A stretch of DNA of 64,000 bases. It comes from an uncultured delta proteobacterium. Its GTDB lineage: Bacteria; Desulfobacterota; Desulfobaccia; Desulfobaccales; 0-14-0-80-60-11. Shown here piece by piece: positions 10,161 to 19,281 of the stretch (the first letter of the stretch is position 1; each line of letters opens with the position of its first letter). The notes under the pieces were generated by a model that had not been told where the DNA came from, made no database searches, and saw only the letters and a list, made by a program, of their open reading frames with translations. The position numbers and the translations under genes were made by a program. Where the stretch lies: contig CAWETI010000002.1 in the NCBI GenBank assembly GCA_963812015.1, positions 1,376,001-1,440,000 of the forward strand, given 5' to 3'.

Positions 10161-11182
10161 TGTCCCCGACGTCTGTGGGCCGGGACGCCACCCGGGCCTG
10201 CCGGATCCTCGTTATGGCTGCACTCCCCCTGGAAGTGCGGCCTTTTTTGCGCCGGGTCAAGGCCCGGGCCCGTCGGGACCTGGGGCTGCCGGCCTGGGAG
10301 TTTGAGCCGGGGCCGGGAGTGGCGGCCCTGTCCGGGATGGGCGCGGCGGCGGCCCGCCGGGCCGGGCAAATCCTGGTGGACCGCTGCCGTCCCGACCTCC
10401 TGGTCTCCCTGGGGTTCGGCGGCGCCCTGGCCCCGGGGTTGGCGGCCGGAGATCTGGTCCTGGGCGAGAGCTTCTGGCACTATAATCCCGACACCCGTGA
10501 GCTCAACCCAGGCCCGCATCCGGCTCCCCCCCGGCCCCTGCCGCTCCTGGTGGGGGCCCTCAGAAAAGGGGGGCTTACCGCGGTCACCGGGAGCCTGGTC
10601 ACCACCACCCGCATTATCCATAAAGAGCGTCAGGGAGTACCATTGGCCGGGCTGCCCCAGCCGGTTCTGGACCTGGAAACCGCGGCCCTGGCGGAGGTGG
10701 CCGCGGCTCAGGGGCTGGCTTTTTTGAGCCTCAGGGCCATGACCGACGTGGCCGGGGAAGAGATCCCGGGATTTCTCCATGATGCCGGGGGCCGGGAGAC
10801 GACTGTGGGGGTATTGCCGGCCCTCAGGTGGCTGGCGGCCGACTTTCGGAGGGTAAAGGACCTCCTGCACCTCTGGCGCCGGAGTTGCGGCGCCGCCCGG
10901 GTTCTGGCCCTGGCCTTGATGATCCTATGGCCTTTACTGCTGGCTGCCGGGGGCGAGCTTGAGGGCCAGCCAGCTCAGGAAGGGGACGTAGATGAAGATC
11001 CCCACCCAGCCCAGGCAGGTTTCCCCGATGCGGAAGGTCATGGCCAGGTTAAAGCCCAGAATGCCCAGGTAGAAAGCGGGGCCCAGAAGGGCTTGGGAAG
11101 GAAAGTGCCACCGGCCCCAATCCCACCAGGGGGAAGGCGGCACCCGGGTGGCGAGAAGCTGCAAGACCCGGATAAGTCCTAA
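10160..11182 (+). CDS. PNP/MTA-SAH nucleosidase-family phosphorylase (HpnG-like)
   Basis: AALPLE, SGMG, SLGFGGALAPGLAAGDLVL, LDLETAALA, SLRAMTD motifs; C-terminus runs antisense into the convergent gene. Confidence 0.75.
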   Translation: MSPTSVGRDATRACRILVMAALPLEVRPFLRRVKARARRDLGLPAWEFEPGPGVAALSGMGAAAARRAGQILVDRCRPDLLVSLGFGGALAPGLAAGDLVLGESFWHYNPDTRELNPGPHPAPPRPLPLLVGALRKGGLTAVTGSLVTTTRIIHKERQGVPLAGLPQPVLDLETAALAEVAAAQGLAFLSLRAMTDVAGEEIPGFLHDAGGRETTVGVLPALRWLAADFRRVKDLLHLWRRSCGAARVLALALMILWPLLLAAGGELEGQPAQEGDVDEDPHPAQAGFPDAEGHGQVKAQNAQVESGAQKGLGRKVPPAPIPPGGRRHPGGEKLQDPDKS

Positions 11183-11731
11183 AGCCACCAGAAACCAGCC
11201 GCCGAAGTTGATCAAGGTAATGCCGAAGTAGACCCCGGAATCGGGATAGCCGTAGATTTGCCCCAAAAACCAGCGGTAACCCCGGAGAGCCAGGGGGTCG
11301 ATGACGATATCCAGGGTCACCATCAATACCGCCCCCAGGATTAAAGGGCGCCAGGCCCCCTGCATGGTGGCCTCTCCCCGGAGAGAGAACCGGCCCCCCT
11401 CCCAGCGCCCCGGCGTCAACGCCACCAGGGCCAGGCAATAACTGGCATAGGCCATAAAGACATAGGACAGGGAATCCATGAAGGGCACCCCGGCCACCCA
11501 GATTTCCTGGTTCAGCGTGGCGGGGATGTAAAGGTACTCGCCGAAGGGAAAGCCCACATGAATGGAGGCGAACTCGGCCGCCCAGGAGAGGGAATATCCC
11601 AAAACCAGGAAGGCCAGAGCCCGGCCGCCGCCCAGGTGCCAGGTGGCCAGCAGCAGATAGGCTCCAAAAAAGATGAACACATAGGGCCTGAGCCAGATGG
11701 TGCCCGCCAGGAGCCCCAAAAAGTGGACCAT
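10934..11731 (-). CDS. CruF/DUF422-like (carotenoid biosynthesis/hydratase family) membrane protein
   Basis: AEFASIHVGFPFGEYLY, GVPF, DIVIDP, YFGITLINFGGWF pattern; multi-TM. Confidence 0.75.
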   Translation of the reverse strand: MVHFLGLLAGTIWLRPYVFIFFGAYLLLATWHLGGGRALAFLVLGYSLSWAAEFASIHVGFPFGEYLYIPATLNQEIWVAGVPFMDSLSYVFMAYASYCLALVALTPGRWEGGRFSLRGEATMQGAWRPLILGAVLMVTLDIVIDPLALRGYRWFLGQIYGYPDSGVYFGITLINFGGWFLVALGLIRVLQLLATRVPPSPWWDWGRWHFPSQALLGPAFYLGILGFNLAMTFRIGETCLGWVGIFIYVPFLSWLALKLAPGSQQ

Positions 11732-11906
11732 ACCGATCGTCTCCCTTGGAGGATGTGAGCCAGTGCCCCCGGACCTCCAAACCGCCTCGGATGTAGCGTC
11801 GTGTGACTTGAAACCATACCACAAAGCCGGTTTCCCGGTCAAATGACGGGGCCGGGAAACCGACGGTCGGGGTCTTTTCGCCCAATAAAGGGGCGTAGTT
11901 CAACCA

Positions 11907-11930
11907 GGGGTGGGGGGACCCTGCCCCTAC
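11907..11930 (-). repeat. GTAG-type REP
   Basis: GGGGTGGGGGGACCCTGCCCCTAC (GTAG head on minus strand plus imperfect palindrome). Confidence 0.6.
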
Positions 11931-12049
11931 AAGGGTGCTGATCGGCTACTGATTTACCCCGCACTCTATGATACAATCCTAATGAGATAAACGGCACGGG
12001 TCCTGGAGGGACACCGGCCACATCTCGCCGCCTTGGGAGGAAGTTCTCG

Positions 12050-13789
12050 GTGAAGGTAGTTCTGGCCCAAACCGCCGGTTTTTGCATCGGGGTCAAACGG
12101 GCATTGGAATTGGTCCTGAAGGCCATCAATGAAAACCAGGCTAAGATTTACACCTATGGTCCGCTGATCCACAACCCCCAGGTCCTGGAATTATTGCGAG
12201 AACGGGGGATTTCGATTCTCAAGCCTGGGGAGGACGTCCCCCCGGGACTGGTAGTGATCCGGGCCCACGGCATCCCTCCCCAGGAACGGCGCCTGCTGGA
12301 GCAGGGCGGCGGGCGCATCATCGACGCCACCTGCCCCAGGGTGGCCAAGGTCCAGGCCATCATCCAGCGCTGGGCCGCCAAAGGGTGCGCCACCCTGATC
12401 GTGGGGGATGCCGATCATCCGGAGGTGCGGGGCTTGATGGGCTACACCGAGGGGCGGGGTTACGTGGTGTCCACCTCCCGGGATGTCGCGGCCTTGCCTG
12501 ACTTGGACGAACTGATCGTGGTGGCCCAAACCACCCAGAGCAAATCCCAGTTCGATGCCCGGGTCCAGGAAATTACCGCCCGGTTTCCCCAGGCCCAGAT
12601 TTTTAATACCATCTGCGATGCCACCGCCTCCCGCCAGGCCGAGGTCCAGGAACTGTCCCGGCAGGCGGAGGCCCTGGTAGTGGTGGGGGGACGCAACAGC
12701 GGCAATACCCAAAGGCTGGTGGAGGTCTCCCAGGAGACCGGCATTGCCACCTACCAGGTGGAGACCGAGCAGGAACTGGACCTGGTGGAAATGAGCCGCT
12801 ATCAAACCGTGGCCGTGACGGCCGGAGCCTCCACGCCCCACTGGCTCATCAGCAACGTGGTGAACACCTTGAAGCATGCCTGGGCCTTTCGTCCCGGCTC
12901 CTGGACCAACTATCTGTACCGCGCCTGGCGCTTCGTCCTCAAGTCCAACTTATATGTGGCCATCGGCGCCGGGTCCCTCAGCTACACCTCATCCTTGCTG
13001 CAGCAGGTAGAGCCCCAGTGGAGCTATTTTTTCGTGGCCTTCTTCTATGTCTATGCCATGCACCTCCTCAACCATTTCACCGACACGGCCTCCAAGCTCA
13101 ACGATCCGGTCCAGACCATGTTTTACGGCCGCCACCGGCACTTTCTCCTGGTCACCGGCCTGCTCTCCGCCTGCATGGCCCTGGGCCTGGGAGCCTACCT
13201 GGGGCTGTTGCCGTTTATCTTTGTCTTGGTCATGAGCTGTATCGGCCTGATGTACAGTTTCAAAATCATCCCGGAGCGTCTGGCCCAGGCCACCGGCATT
13301 CACCGGCTCAAGGAGATCCCCGGCTCCAAGACCATGTTCACCTCGGTGGCCTGGGGGGTGCTGGCGGCCCTCATCCCGGTGGTGTGCTCCGACCAGGAAA
13401 TCTCCGGGGCCACCGCCATCGCCTTTTTCTTCGTGGCCGGCATGATCTTCATCCGTTCCGGCCTCTTTGAGATCATGGCCATCGAAGGGGACCGGGTGGT
13501 GGGCAAGGAAACCCTGGCCATCGCCCTGGGCAAAGAGCGCACCTTCATCCTGCTGTTCTGCGGTTCTCTGGCCTTTGTGGCCATGTTGCTCGTGGCCGCC
13601 TGGAGGGGCGCCATCCCTTCCCTGGGCTACACCCTGAGCCTGTCCGGGCTCTATATGCTGGGCTATCTCACCCTTTATCACCGGGGCCTGATGGAATCGA
13701 GCCTGTTGCTGGAGTCCCTGGTGGAAGGCAACATGATCCTGGCCGGCATCCTGGCCTTTATCTGGGATCCATATAACGTGATTTTTTAA
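12050..13789 (+). CDS. ispH: IspH (HMBPP reductase) fused to a C-terminal UbiA-like prenyltransferase domain
   Basis: AGFC, IHNP, IRAHG, DATCP, HPEV, AQTT, NTICDAT, NSGNT, TAGASTP; then a multi-TM domain with NHFTD and EGDRVVGKETL. Confidence 0.9.
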   Translation: MKVVLAQTAGFCIGVKRALELVLKAINENQAKIYTYGPLIHNPQVLELLRERGISILKPGEDVPPGLVVIRAHGIPPQERRLLEQGGGRIIDATCPRVAKVQAIIQRWAAKGCATLIVGDADHPEVRGLMGYTEGRGYVVSTSRDVAALPDLDELIVVAQTTQSKSQFDARVQEITARFPQAQIFNTICDATASRQAEVQELSRQAEALVVVGGRNSGNTQRLVEVSQETGIATYQVETEQELDLVEMSRYQTVAVTAGASTPHWLISNVVNTLKHAWAFRPGSWTNYLYRAWRFVLKSNLYVAIGAGSLSYTSSLLQQVEPQWSYFFVAFFYVYAMHLLNHFTDTASKLNDPVQTMFYGRHRHFLLVTGLLSACMALGLGAYLGLLPFIFVLVMSCIGLMYSFKIIPERLAQATGIHRLKEIPGSKTMFTSVAWGVLAALIPVVCSDQEISGATAIAFFFVAGMIFIRSGLFEIMAIEGDRVVGKETLAIALGKERTFILLFCGSLAFVAMLLVAAWRGAIPSLGYTLSLSGLYMLGYLTLYHRGLMESSLLLESLVEGNMILAGILAFIWDPYNVIF

Positions 13790-13790
13790 G

Positions 13791-13813
13791 AGCCATCGGC
13801 AATCAGCTTTCAG
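13791..13813. repeat. 7-mer repeat arm directly after the ispH stop
   Basis: AGCCAT CGGCAAT CAGCTTT CAG. Confidence 0.5.
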
Positions 13814-13990
13814 GGAATACCCCGGAGAAGTGAATGCGGTCCCAAGATAGGGTGGGAACCGCCTAGCCTACCTCGCTTTCCAAAACCGCCGAACGCGGCT
13901 GTTCTCTATTCCTGCCAAACTGCGCTTCCCCCGGGAATTTCCCTCGGTTCGGGAGCGTCTTATACCGAATTGCCAACAACCGACAATTTT

Positions 13991-14054
13991 TTGTAGGGGC
14001 GGACCCATGTGTCCGCCCTGGATTGAGGGCGCACACGCGGGTGCGCCCCTACAA
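13991..14054. repeat. REPIN-like doublet of inverted GTAG REPs
   Basis: GTAGGGGCGGACCCATGTGTCCGCCC..GGGCGCACACGCGGGTGCGCCCCTAC. Confidence 0.85.
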
Positions 14055-14224
14055 TTCCGCATTTTTTGATTGCGACTCGGTATTACCCACCCGGAATGAG
14101 GCGTGAGACGCGCCCGTGGGGGTAGTGAAGTTTTTTAAGGTTGGTGATGGCCCCCGACCGAAAACTGCCGGAAACCGCAAGGGGAACAAGTCAAGAGGAG
14201 CGTGCATTTTTTTGCAATTTTTTA

Positions 14225-14253
14225 TTGACAAAAGGTTTGGGCCAATTTAATAT
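14225..14253 (+). promoter_or_regulatory. sigma-70-like promoter of the porin gene
   Basis: TTGACA-17 bp-TAATAT with an upstream T-rich tract. Confidence 0.65.
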
Positions 14254-14373
14254 GGCCGTGGATAAAACCCGTAGAGGGAAGGAGGTGGGAGGGAAGCCAA
14301 CAATAATCAATGCTTTAGGTGAAAATGGAAAGGAGAAACTGGTAACCACTTTCCTAAATTAAAGGGGGGAACA

Positions 14374-15852
14374 ATGAAAAAGTTTATAGTCTTCGCGGTA
14401 GTTCTGGCCTTGCTGGTGCCTTCTTTGGCCCTGGCCACGGAATTCACCTTGGGTGGTTTCATCAAATTGGATGCCTTCTGGGATTCCGTCCAGCAAGGCA
14501 AGAACATGAACGGTACCATTGGCCGCAACAATGACCCCAACTTGGACCACGGCCGGCTGAAGTTCACGGCCCAGGGCTCCCGGTTCAACTTCACCATCAA
14601 GGGTCCGGACCTCTGGGGCGCTAAGACCACCGGCTACATCGAAATGGACTTTGATATTAACGAGCAGGGCGCCACCACTGCTGCCGGTATCCCGGCAGTA
14701 GCGAACACTGCCAGCGCCTCGAACAACTACGCGCCGCGGCTGCGGCACGCCATGTTCCGGTTCAACTGGCCTGAGACCGAACTGCTGTTCGGCCAGTACT
14801 GGTCCATGTTCTGCGAATGGTATCCTGAACTGGCGGAAGACGGCCCGTTCCAGACCACCGGCATTCCCACCGCCCGGATCCCCCAGATCCGCTTCACCCA
14901 GCAGTTCCTGGGCTGGGGGACGGCGTCTGTGTTGGTCGGCAGTGCCAATACCGCGAGCAATGGCCAGGTCTATTCGACCTTTGACACCAGCGGGCAGTCG
15001 ACTGCGACCCCCCAGGTGCAGGGGAAATTGCAGTACGCCCAGGACTTGTGGGGTAAGGCGGCGTATTACGGGAAACCCACTCCCTTCACCGCCCAGGTCG
15101 TAGCGGGTTGGCAGCGGAGTGGCTTTGCGCAAAACTTTGCCAATGCCACTTACTTTACCTTTGGTCAGAATACCTGGTCTAACTTTTTAACTGGCGCTAA
15201 TACCGCTGGGATCAATCTCAAACATACGACCCTGAATCCCTGGATGGTCATGGGAACCGCGTTTATCCCGGTCATTCCCACCCACAGCGCCAATCTCACC
15301 GGGACCGCCTCGCTGTTGGCGAACTGGTGGATCGGGGCCGGGGTTGACTCCTTTGGGATGGCAGGCGCGACCAACCCCATTAAGTTCAATGATAACAATA
15401 ACGGGATCTATTCGTATAACTACGAGTTGGAGCAGCGCTTCGGCGGCTTCGTCCAGGGTCAGTACTACTTCAACAACGAGTGGAATGTCACCGTGGCCTA
15501 CGGCATGAGCAGGGTCTTCGGCCTCAGCCAGTCGGATACGAACGCGGCCGCCGCCCGGGGCCTTGCTGCTGGAGGCATCAATGCGCCCGGTTACGTCTAT
15601 GCCTTTAACGCTGATGCGTCGAAGCTGCAGCAGCAGTTGGAAGGGATTCTGTGGTACCGGCCCATCCAGGCCATCAAATTCGGTCTGGAATACGCCTATG
15701 GCCAAACCACGTGGTTTCAAAGCACGGGACAGGCTGCTGCATTTCCTACGGGTGCGGTCCCCGCTGTTACTGCTTTCAATGCCACCCCGGTCAACACCTC
15801 GAATGTGGGCAATGCCCACCGGGTGGAGTTCGTCGGGTTCTTCTACTTCTAA
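14374..15852 (+). CDS. Outer-membrane beta-barrel porin (DcaP-like)
   Basis: Signal peptide, GGFIKLD, SRFNF, GYIEMDF, PRLRHA, GQYWS, RIPQIRF; aromatic C-terminus FFYF. Confidence 0.8.
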   Translation: MKKFIVFAVVLALLVPSLALATEFTLGGFIKLDAFWDSVQQGKNMNGTIGRNNDPNLDHGRLKFTAQGSRFNFTIKGPDLWGAKTTGYIEMDFDINEQGATTAAGIPAVANTASASNNYAPRLRHAMFRFNWPETELLFGQYWSMFCEWYPELAEDGPFQTTGIPTARIPQIRFTQQFLGWGTASVLVGSANTASNGQVYSTFDTSGQSTATPQVQGKLQYAQDLWGKAAYYGKPTPFTAQVVAGWQRSGFAQNFANATYFTFGQNTWSNFLTGANTAGINLKHTTLNPWMVMGTAFIPVIPTHSANLTGTASLLANWWIGAGVDSFGMAGATNPIKFNDNNNGIYSYNYELEQRFGGFVQGQYYFNNEWNVTVAYGMSRVFGLSQSDTNAAAARGLAAGGINAPGYVYAFNADASKLQQQLEGILWYRPIQAIKFGLEYAYGQTTWFQSTGQAAAFPTGAVPAVTAFNATPVNTSNVGNAHRVEFVGFFYF

Positions 15853-15876
15853 CCTGAAAACCGGTTGACTTCAACC

Positions 15877-15912
15877 AGCCCACAGGGTAATATCCCTGTG
15901 GGCTTTTTATTT
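15877..15912 (+). terminator. Rho-independent terminator after the porin
   Basis: AGCCCACAGGG-TAATAT-CCCTGTGGGCT followed by a T-tract. Confidence 0.9.
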
Positions 15913-15917
15913 CTTGA

Positions 15918-15950
15918 CGGTTTTCAGTTTTCAGTTTCCGGTTTTCGGTT
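15918..15950. repeat. 7-mer repeat arm (left of four-helix gene)
   Basis: CGGTTTT CAGTTTT CAGTTTC CGGTTTT CGGTT. Confidence 0.85.
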
Positions 15951-15956
15951 AAAAGC

Positions 15957-16325
15957 ATGGAGCAAAAAGGTTATAAGTCAAGATCTTACCGGTATTTAGA
16001 GGTGTGGAAGCTGTCAATCGATTTTGTGAAGAAAGTTTATCAGGTAACGCACAATTTTCCCGCTTCTGAAAATTATGGGCTAATAAACCAGATCAGGAGA
16101 GCCGCGGTTTCCATCCCTTCCAATATTGCCGAAGGCCAGGGCAGAAATTCCACCAAAGAATTTAAACAATTTCTGGCAATAAGCTTGGGTTCCCTGGCAG
16201 AATTAGAAACCCAGTTGATCATTGCCAAAGAAATAGAATACTTGACCCAGAATGGACTTGATGCTCTGCTGAGCCCCCTCGATAGAATAAGAAAAATGAT
16301 CAAGGGCTTATCAAAAGGAATATAA
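15957..16325 (+). CDS. Four-helix-bundle protein (23S rRNA-IVS protein / Avd-like)
   Basis: YRYLEVWK..FPASENYGLINQIRRAAVSIPSNIAEG..FLAISLGSLAELETQL signature; visibly AT-rich. Confidence 0.93.
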   Translation: MEQKGYKSRSYRYLEVWKLSIDFVKKVYQVTHNFPASENYGLINQIRRAAVSIPSNIAEGQGRNSTKEFKQFLAISLGSLAELETQLIIAKEIEYLTQNGLDALLSPLDRIRKMIKGLSKGI

Positions 16326-16367
16326 TAATGCTTATTTTGGCAAAGACTATAGCTTGTCTTTTTCTTT

Positions 16368-16404
16368 CCGAAAACCGAAAACCGAAAACCGAAAACTTAA
16401 AACG
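16368..16404. repeat. 7-mer repeat arm (right of four-helix gene), inverted relative to 15918-15950
   Basis: CCGAAAA x4, then CTTAAAA CG. Confidence 0.85.
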
Positions 16405-16413
16405 GAGTGCGGA

Positions 16414-17562
16414 ATGCTAAAGAGATTCGTGTTGGTGCTGCGACTGGGGCTTCTGCTGTTCGTGTCGGCCTCCCTGCTGGTGGGGGGATGCAGCACGGTG
16501 AAGAAGTGGGCGGGTTATGGGGGCGAGGGCGAAGATGAAGAAACGGCGCCACCCGAGGCCCAGCAAGAAACGGTGATGATTGACGGCAAACCCTATGTTC
16601 GCAGCAAAAATCCCTACTGGCTCAGCTACGCCAACGCCCCGGAATATCTCTATGTCGAAAAGGGCACGGAGTTCGTGACCGCCCAACAGCACCTGGTGCA
16701 ATCCCTGGCCAAGGCCATCGGCCAACAGCAGACCCAGGCCGCGGGCAAGACCATTCCCCCGGATAAACTCCAGGAAATGGTGCGGGCCGAGGTGGACCGC
16801 ATCCTGAGGGAGCAGGGGCTGGGAGGTTTTGTCTCCCAGGCCAAGGGGGGCGGCGTCTCGGCCGTTGTGGGACGGGCCGTGGCGGTCATTCCCGATCTGG
16901 ATACGCCCCGGACCTATGACGGGATGAACCGCACCCTGGCCATGTCCCTGGGAGATGCCATGGGCCGGACCAAAGATCTCAAGGTGAGCGCTCCGGATCA
17001 GGTGCAAGAGGCCCTGCGCAAGGCGGGGGCGGCAGGCAAACTGACGCTCAGCCCCAATATCAAGGCTCTGGGGGATGCCCTGGGGGTACAGGGCATTGTC
17101 CTGACCGGGGTGATGCCGCCGGAAGGCGGGACGCCGGGAGCCATGGTCCTGCAAGTCTTTGATACCTTCACCGGCCTCCAGGAAGAAGCCATCGTGGCGC
17201 CGGCGGGCGCTGAGGGGATGAAGCCCGAGACGGTCACGAAGTTCGCCCAGGCCAACGCCCTGCGGGTGGCCGGGGACCTCATCAAAATTTCGTGGTTCGG
17301 GCGGGTGGAGTTTGTCAAGGAGGGCAAAGTCTACCTGAACCTGGGCCAGAACTCGGGCCTCAAGGTGGGCGACCGCCTCAAGGTGGTGCAACCGGGCAAA
17401 GAGGTGGTCAACCCCAAGACCCAGGCGGTCCTGGGTTACACTGCGGATACCCCCCAGGGGGAGATCAAGGTGACGGAGCTCCTGGGAAACAGCGGAGCTG
17501 TGGGCCTGCCGGTGAGCGGCGGCCCCTTCCAGGCCAACGATAAGGTGAAGGCGGTTAAATAA
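16414..17562 (+). CDS. Lipoprotein with a CsgG/FlgT C-terminal-like domain
   Basis: Lipobox LVGGC; C-terminal VYLNLGQNSGLKVGDRLKV..PKTQAVLG pattern. Confidence 0.7.
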   Translation: MLKRFVLVLRLGLLLFVSASLLVGGCSTVKKWAGYGGEGEDEETAPPEAQQETVMIDGKPYVRSKNPYWLSYANAPEYLYVEKGTEFVTAQQHLVQSLAKAIGQQQTQAAGKTIPPDKLQEMVRAEVDRILREQGLGGFVSQAKGGGVSAVVGRAVAVIPDLDTPRTYDGMNRTLAMSLGDAMGRTKDLKVSAPDQVQEALRKAGAAGKLTLSPNIKALGDALGVQGIVLTGVMPPEGGTPGAMVLQVFDTFTGLQEEAIVAPAGAEGMKPETVTKFAQANALRVAGDLIKISWFGRVEFVKEGKVYLNLGQNSGLKVGDRLKVVQPGKEVVNPKTQAVLGYTADTPQGEIKVTELLGNSGAVGLPVSGGPFQANDKVKAVK

Positions 17563-17565
17563 AGA

Positions 17566-17586
17566 CTGTTTTCGGTTTTGGGTGAA
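17566..17586. repeat. 7-mer repeat arm 3 nt after the lipoprotein stop
   Basis: CTGTTTT CGGTTTT GGGTGAA; complementary to 16368-16395. Confidence 0.55.
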
Positions 17587-17609
17587 AAGATCATAACCCG
17601 TAGATAATC

Positions 17610-17634
17610 GTAGGGGCGGTTCGGGAACCGCCCC
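17610..17634 (+). repeat. GTAG-type REP
   Basis: GTAGGGGCGGTTCGGGAACCGCCCC. Confidence 0.75.
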
Positions 17635-17681
17635 TTTGTTGTTCTTATGCCTTGGTTAGTTATCATCCGAAAACCGTCTAA

Positions 17682-17770
17682 AATTCCCCCCTTTACCAAG
17701 GGGGGGGTAGGGGGGATTTTATAACTATCTTAAAATCCCCCTAAATCCCCCTTTTTCAAAGGGGGACTTT
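17682..17770. repeat. Composite palindromic repeat (CCCCCTTT-N-AAGGGGG doublet)
   Basis: Two CCCCCTTT..AAGGGGG hairpins joined by a TAGGGGG(G)ATTTT/AAAATCCCCCTA inverted repeat. Confidence 0.75.
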
Positions 17771-17839
17771 GATGACATTTTGCATTTTAAGCATTTTCGG
17801 ATGGATTCTCGTTAGTTTGCAGGCAGCTCTGGTTAAAAA

Positions 17840-19120
17840 CTACAAACCGATCTTCTCCAATCCCCCCATATAGGGGCGCAGTTTCTCGGGAATCACCACA
17901 CTGCCGTCGGCCTGCTGGTAGTTCTCCAGGATGGCAACCAGGGTGCGGCCTGCCGCAAGGCCGGAGCCGTTCAGGGTATGGACCAGTTCGGTGCCCTTGG
18001 CCCCGGGACGCCGGAAGCGGATGGCGGCCCGGCGGGCCTGGTAGCTTTCGAAGTTGCTGCACGACGAGATTTCCCGGTAGAGGTCCTGCCCCGGCAGCCA
18101 GACCTCGATGTCGTAGGTTTTGGCCGCGGCAAAGCCCATATCCCCGGTACACAGGACCACCACCCGGTAGTGCAGGCCCAGTTCCTGCAAGACCTCTTCC
18201 GCGTCTTGCAGCAAAAGCTCCAATTCGTCGTAAGAGGTCTCGGGTGAGGTGAACTTGACCAACTCCACCTTGTTGAACTGGTGCTGCCGAATCAGGCCCC
18301 TCACATCCTTGCCGTGGGAACCCGCCTCGGAGCGGAAACAGGGGGTGTAGGCGGTGTAATAGAGGGGCAGGTCTTCGGCCTTGAGGATCTCATCCCGGTG
18401 GATGTTCGTGACCGGGACCTCCGCGGTGGGCACCAGGAAGAAGTTCAGGCCTTCCAGCTTGAATAAATCCTCCTGAAATTTAGGGAGCTGTCCGGTGCCT
18501 CGCAGGGAATCTTCATTGACAATGAAGGGGGGCAGCACTTCCGTATAGCCGTGCTTTTTGGTATGCAGGTCCAGCATGAAGTTGATGAGGGCCCGCTCCA
18601 GCAGGGCCCCGGGCCCTTTCAGGAGTGCGAACCGGGCCCCGGTGATCTTGGCGGCCCGTTCAAAGTCCAGGATGCCCAGGTTCTCCCCGATATCCCAGTG
18701 GGCCTTAGGGGGAAAGTCAAAGCGTGGGGCCTCCCCCCAGGTCCGCACCACCGGGTTGTCGTCGCTTCCGGCCCCCAGGGGCACGGACTCATGGGGGATA
18801 TTGGGCAGATTGAGCAGAAACTTCCATACCCAGGAGTCCTGGGCCTCGGCCTGGGCTTCCATTTTTTTTATACTCAAGTTAATCAACGCGACTCGCGCTT
18901 TTGATACTTGGGCCTCATCCCCCTTGCCGGCCTTCATCAAGGCCCCCACGTCTTTCGACAAGGTATTGCGCTCATGGCGCAACTCTTCCAGGCTGGTCAG
19001 GAGCTGACGGCGATGGGCCTCCCGCTCCCGGAACTCATCCAGGGAAATCTTCTGGCCCCGGTTTTTCAAGGCCTGTTCAACTGCTTCCAGATGTTCTCTC
19101 ACAAATTTGAGGTCCAGCAT
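17840..19120 (-). CDS. serS: Serine--tRNA ligase
   Basis: [55 protein letters not shown]. Confidence 0.98.
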   Translation of the reverse strand: MLDLKFVREHLEAVEQALKNRGQKISLDEFREREAHRRQLLTSLEELRHERNTLSKDVGALMKAGKGDEAQVSKARVALINLSIKKMEAQAEAQDSWVWKFLLNLPNIPHESVPLGAGSDDNPVVRTWGEAPRFDFPPKAHWDIGENLGILDFERAAKITGARFALLKGPGALLERALINFMLDLHTKKHGYTEVLPPFIVNEDSLRGTGQLPKFQEDLFKLEGLNFFLVPTAEVPVTNIHRDEILKAEDLPLYYTAYTPCFRSEAGSHGKDVRGLIRQHQFNKVELVKFTSPETSYDELELLLQDAEEVLQELGLHYRVVVLCTGDMGFAAAKTYDIEVWLPGQDLYREISSCSNFESYQARRAAIRFRRPGAKGTELVHTLNGSGLAAGRTLVAILENYQQADGSVVIPEKLRPYMGGLEKIGL

Positions 19121-19211
19121 GGGTGACTCCCGGTATGAAAAATATGGGCTGGCGGCGGGTGGTCAGCGGCCAGGGACGAAAAAGGCCGCGGCCATAAACT
19201 TCGCACCCTAA

Positions 19212-19235
19212 GGGCGGTTCGCAAACCGTCCCTAC
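19212..19235 (-). repeat. GTAG-type REP (inverted partner of 17610-17634)
   Basis: GGGCGGTTCGCAAACCGTCCCTAC. Confidence 0.75.
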
Positions 19236-19281
19236 AGGGAATAATTTCTCTTGACCAGACTTTGCGATAAATCCGCCCGGC

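Noticed and set aside
14141..14362. Leader peptide or riboswitch in the porin 5' UTR
   Set aside because: The ORF's internal ATG overlaps the -10 box, and the GGA-rich hairpin matches no RNA family I recognise.
15957..16325. Diversity-generating retroelement or true 23S rRNA IVS
   Set aside because: No reverse transcriptase, TR/VR pair or rRNA sequence in the window.
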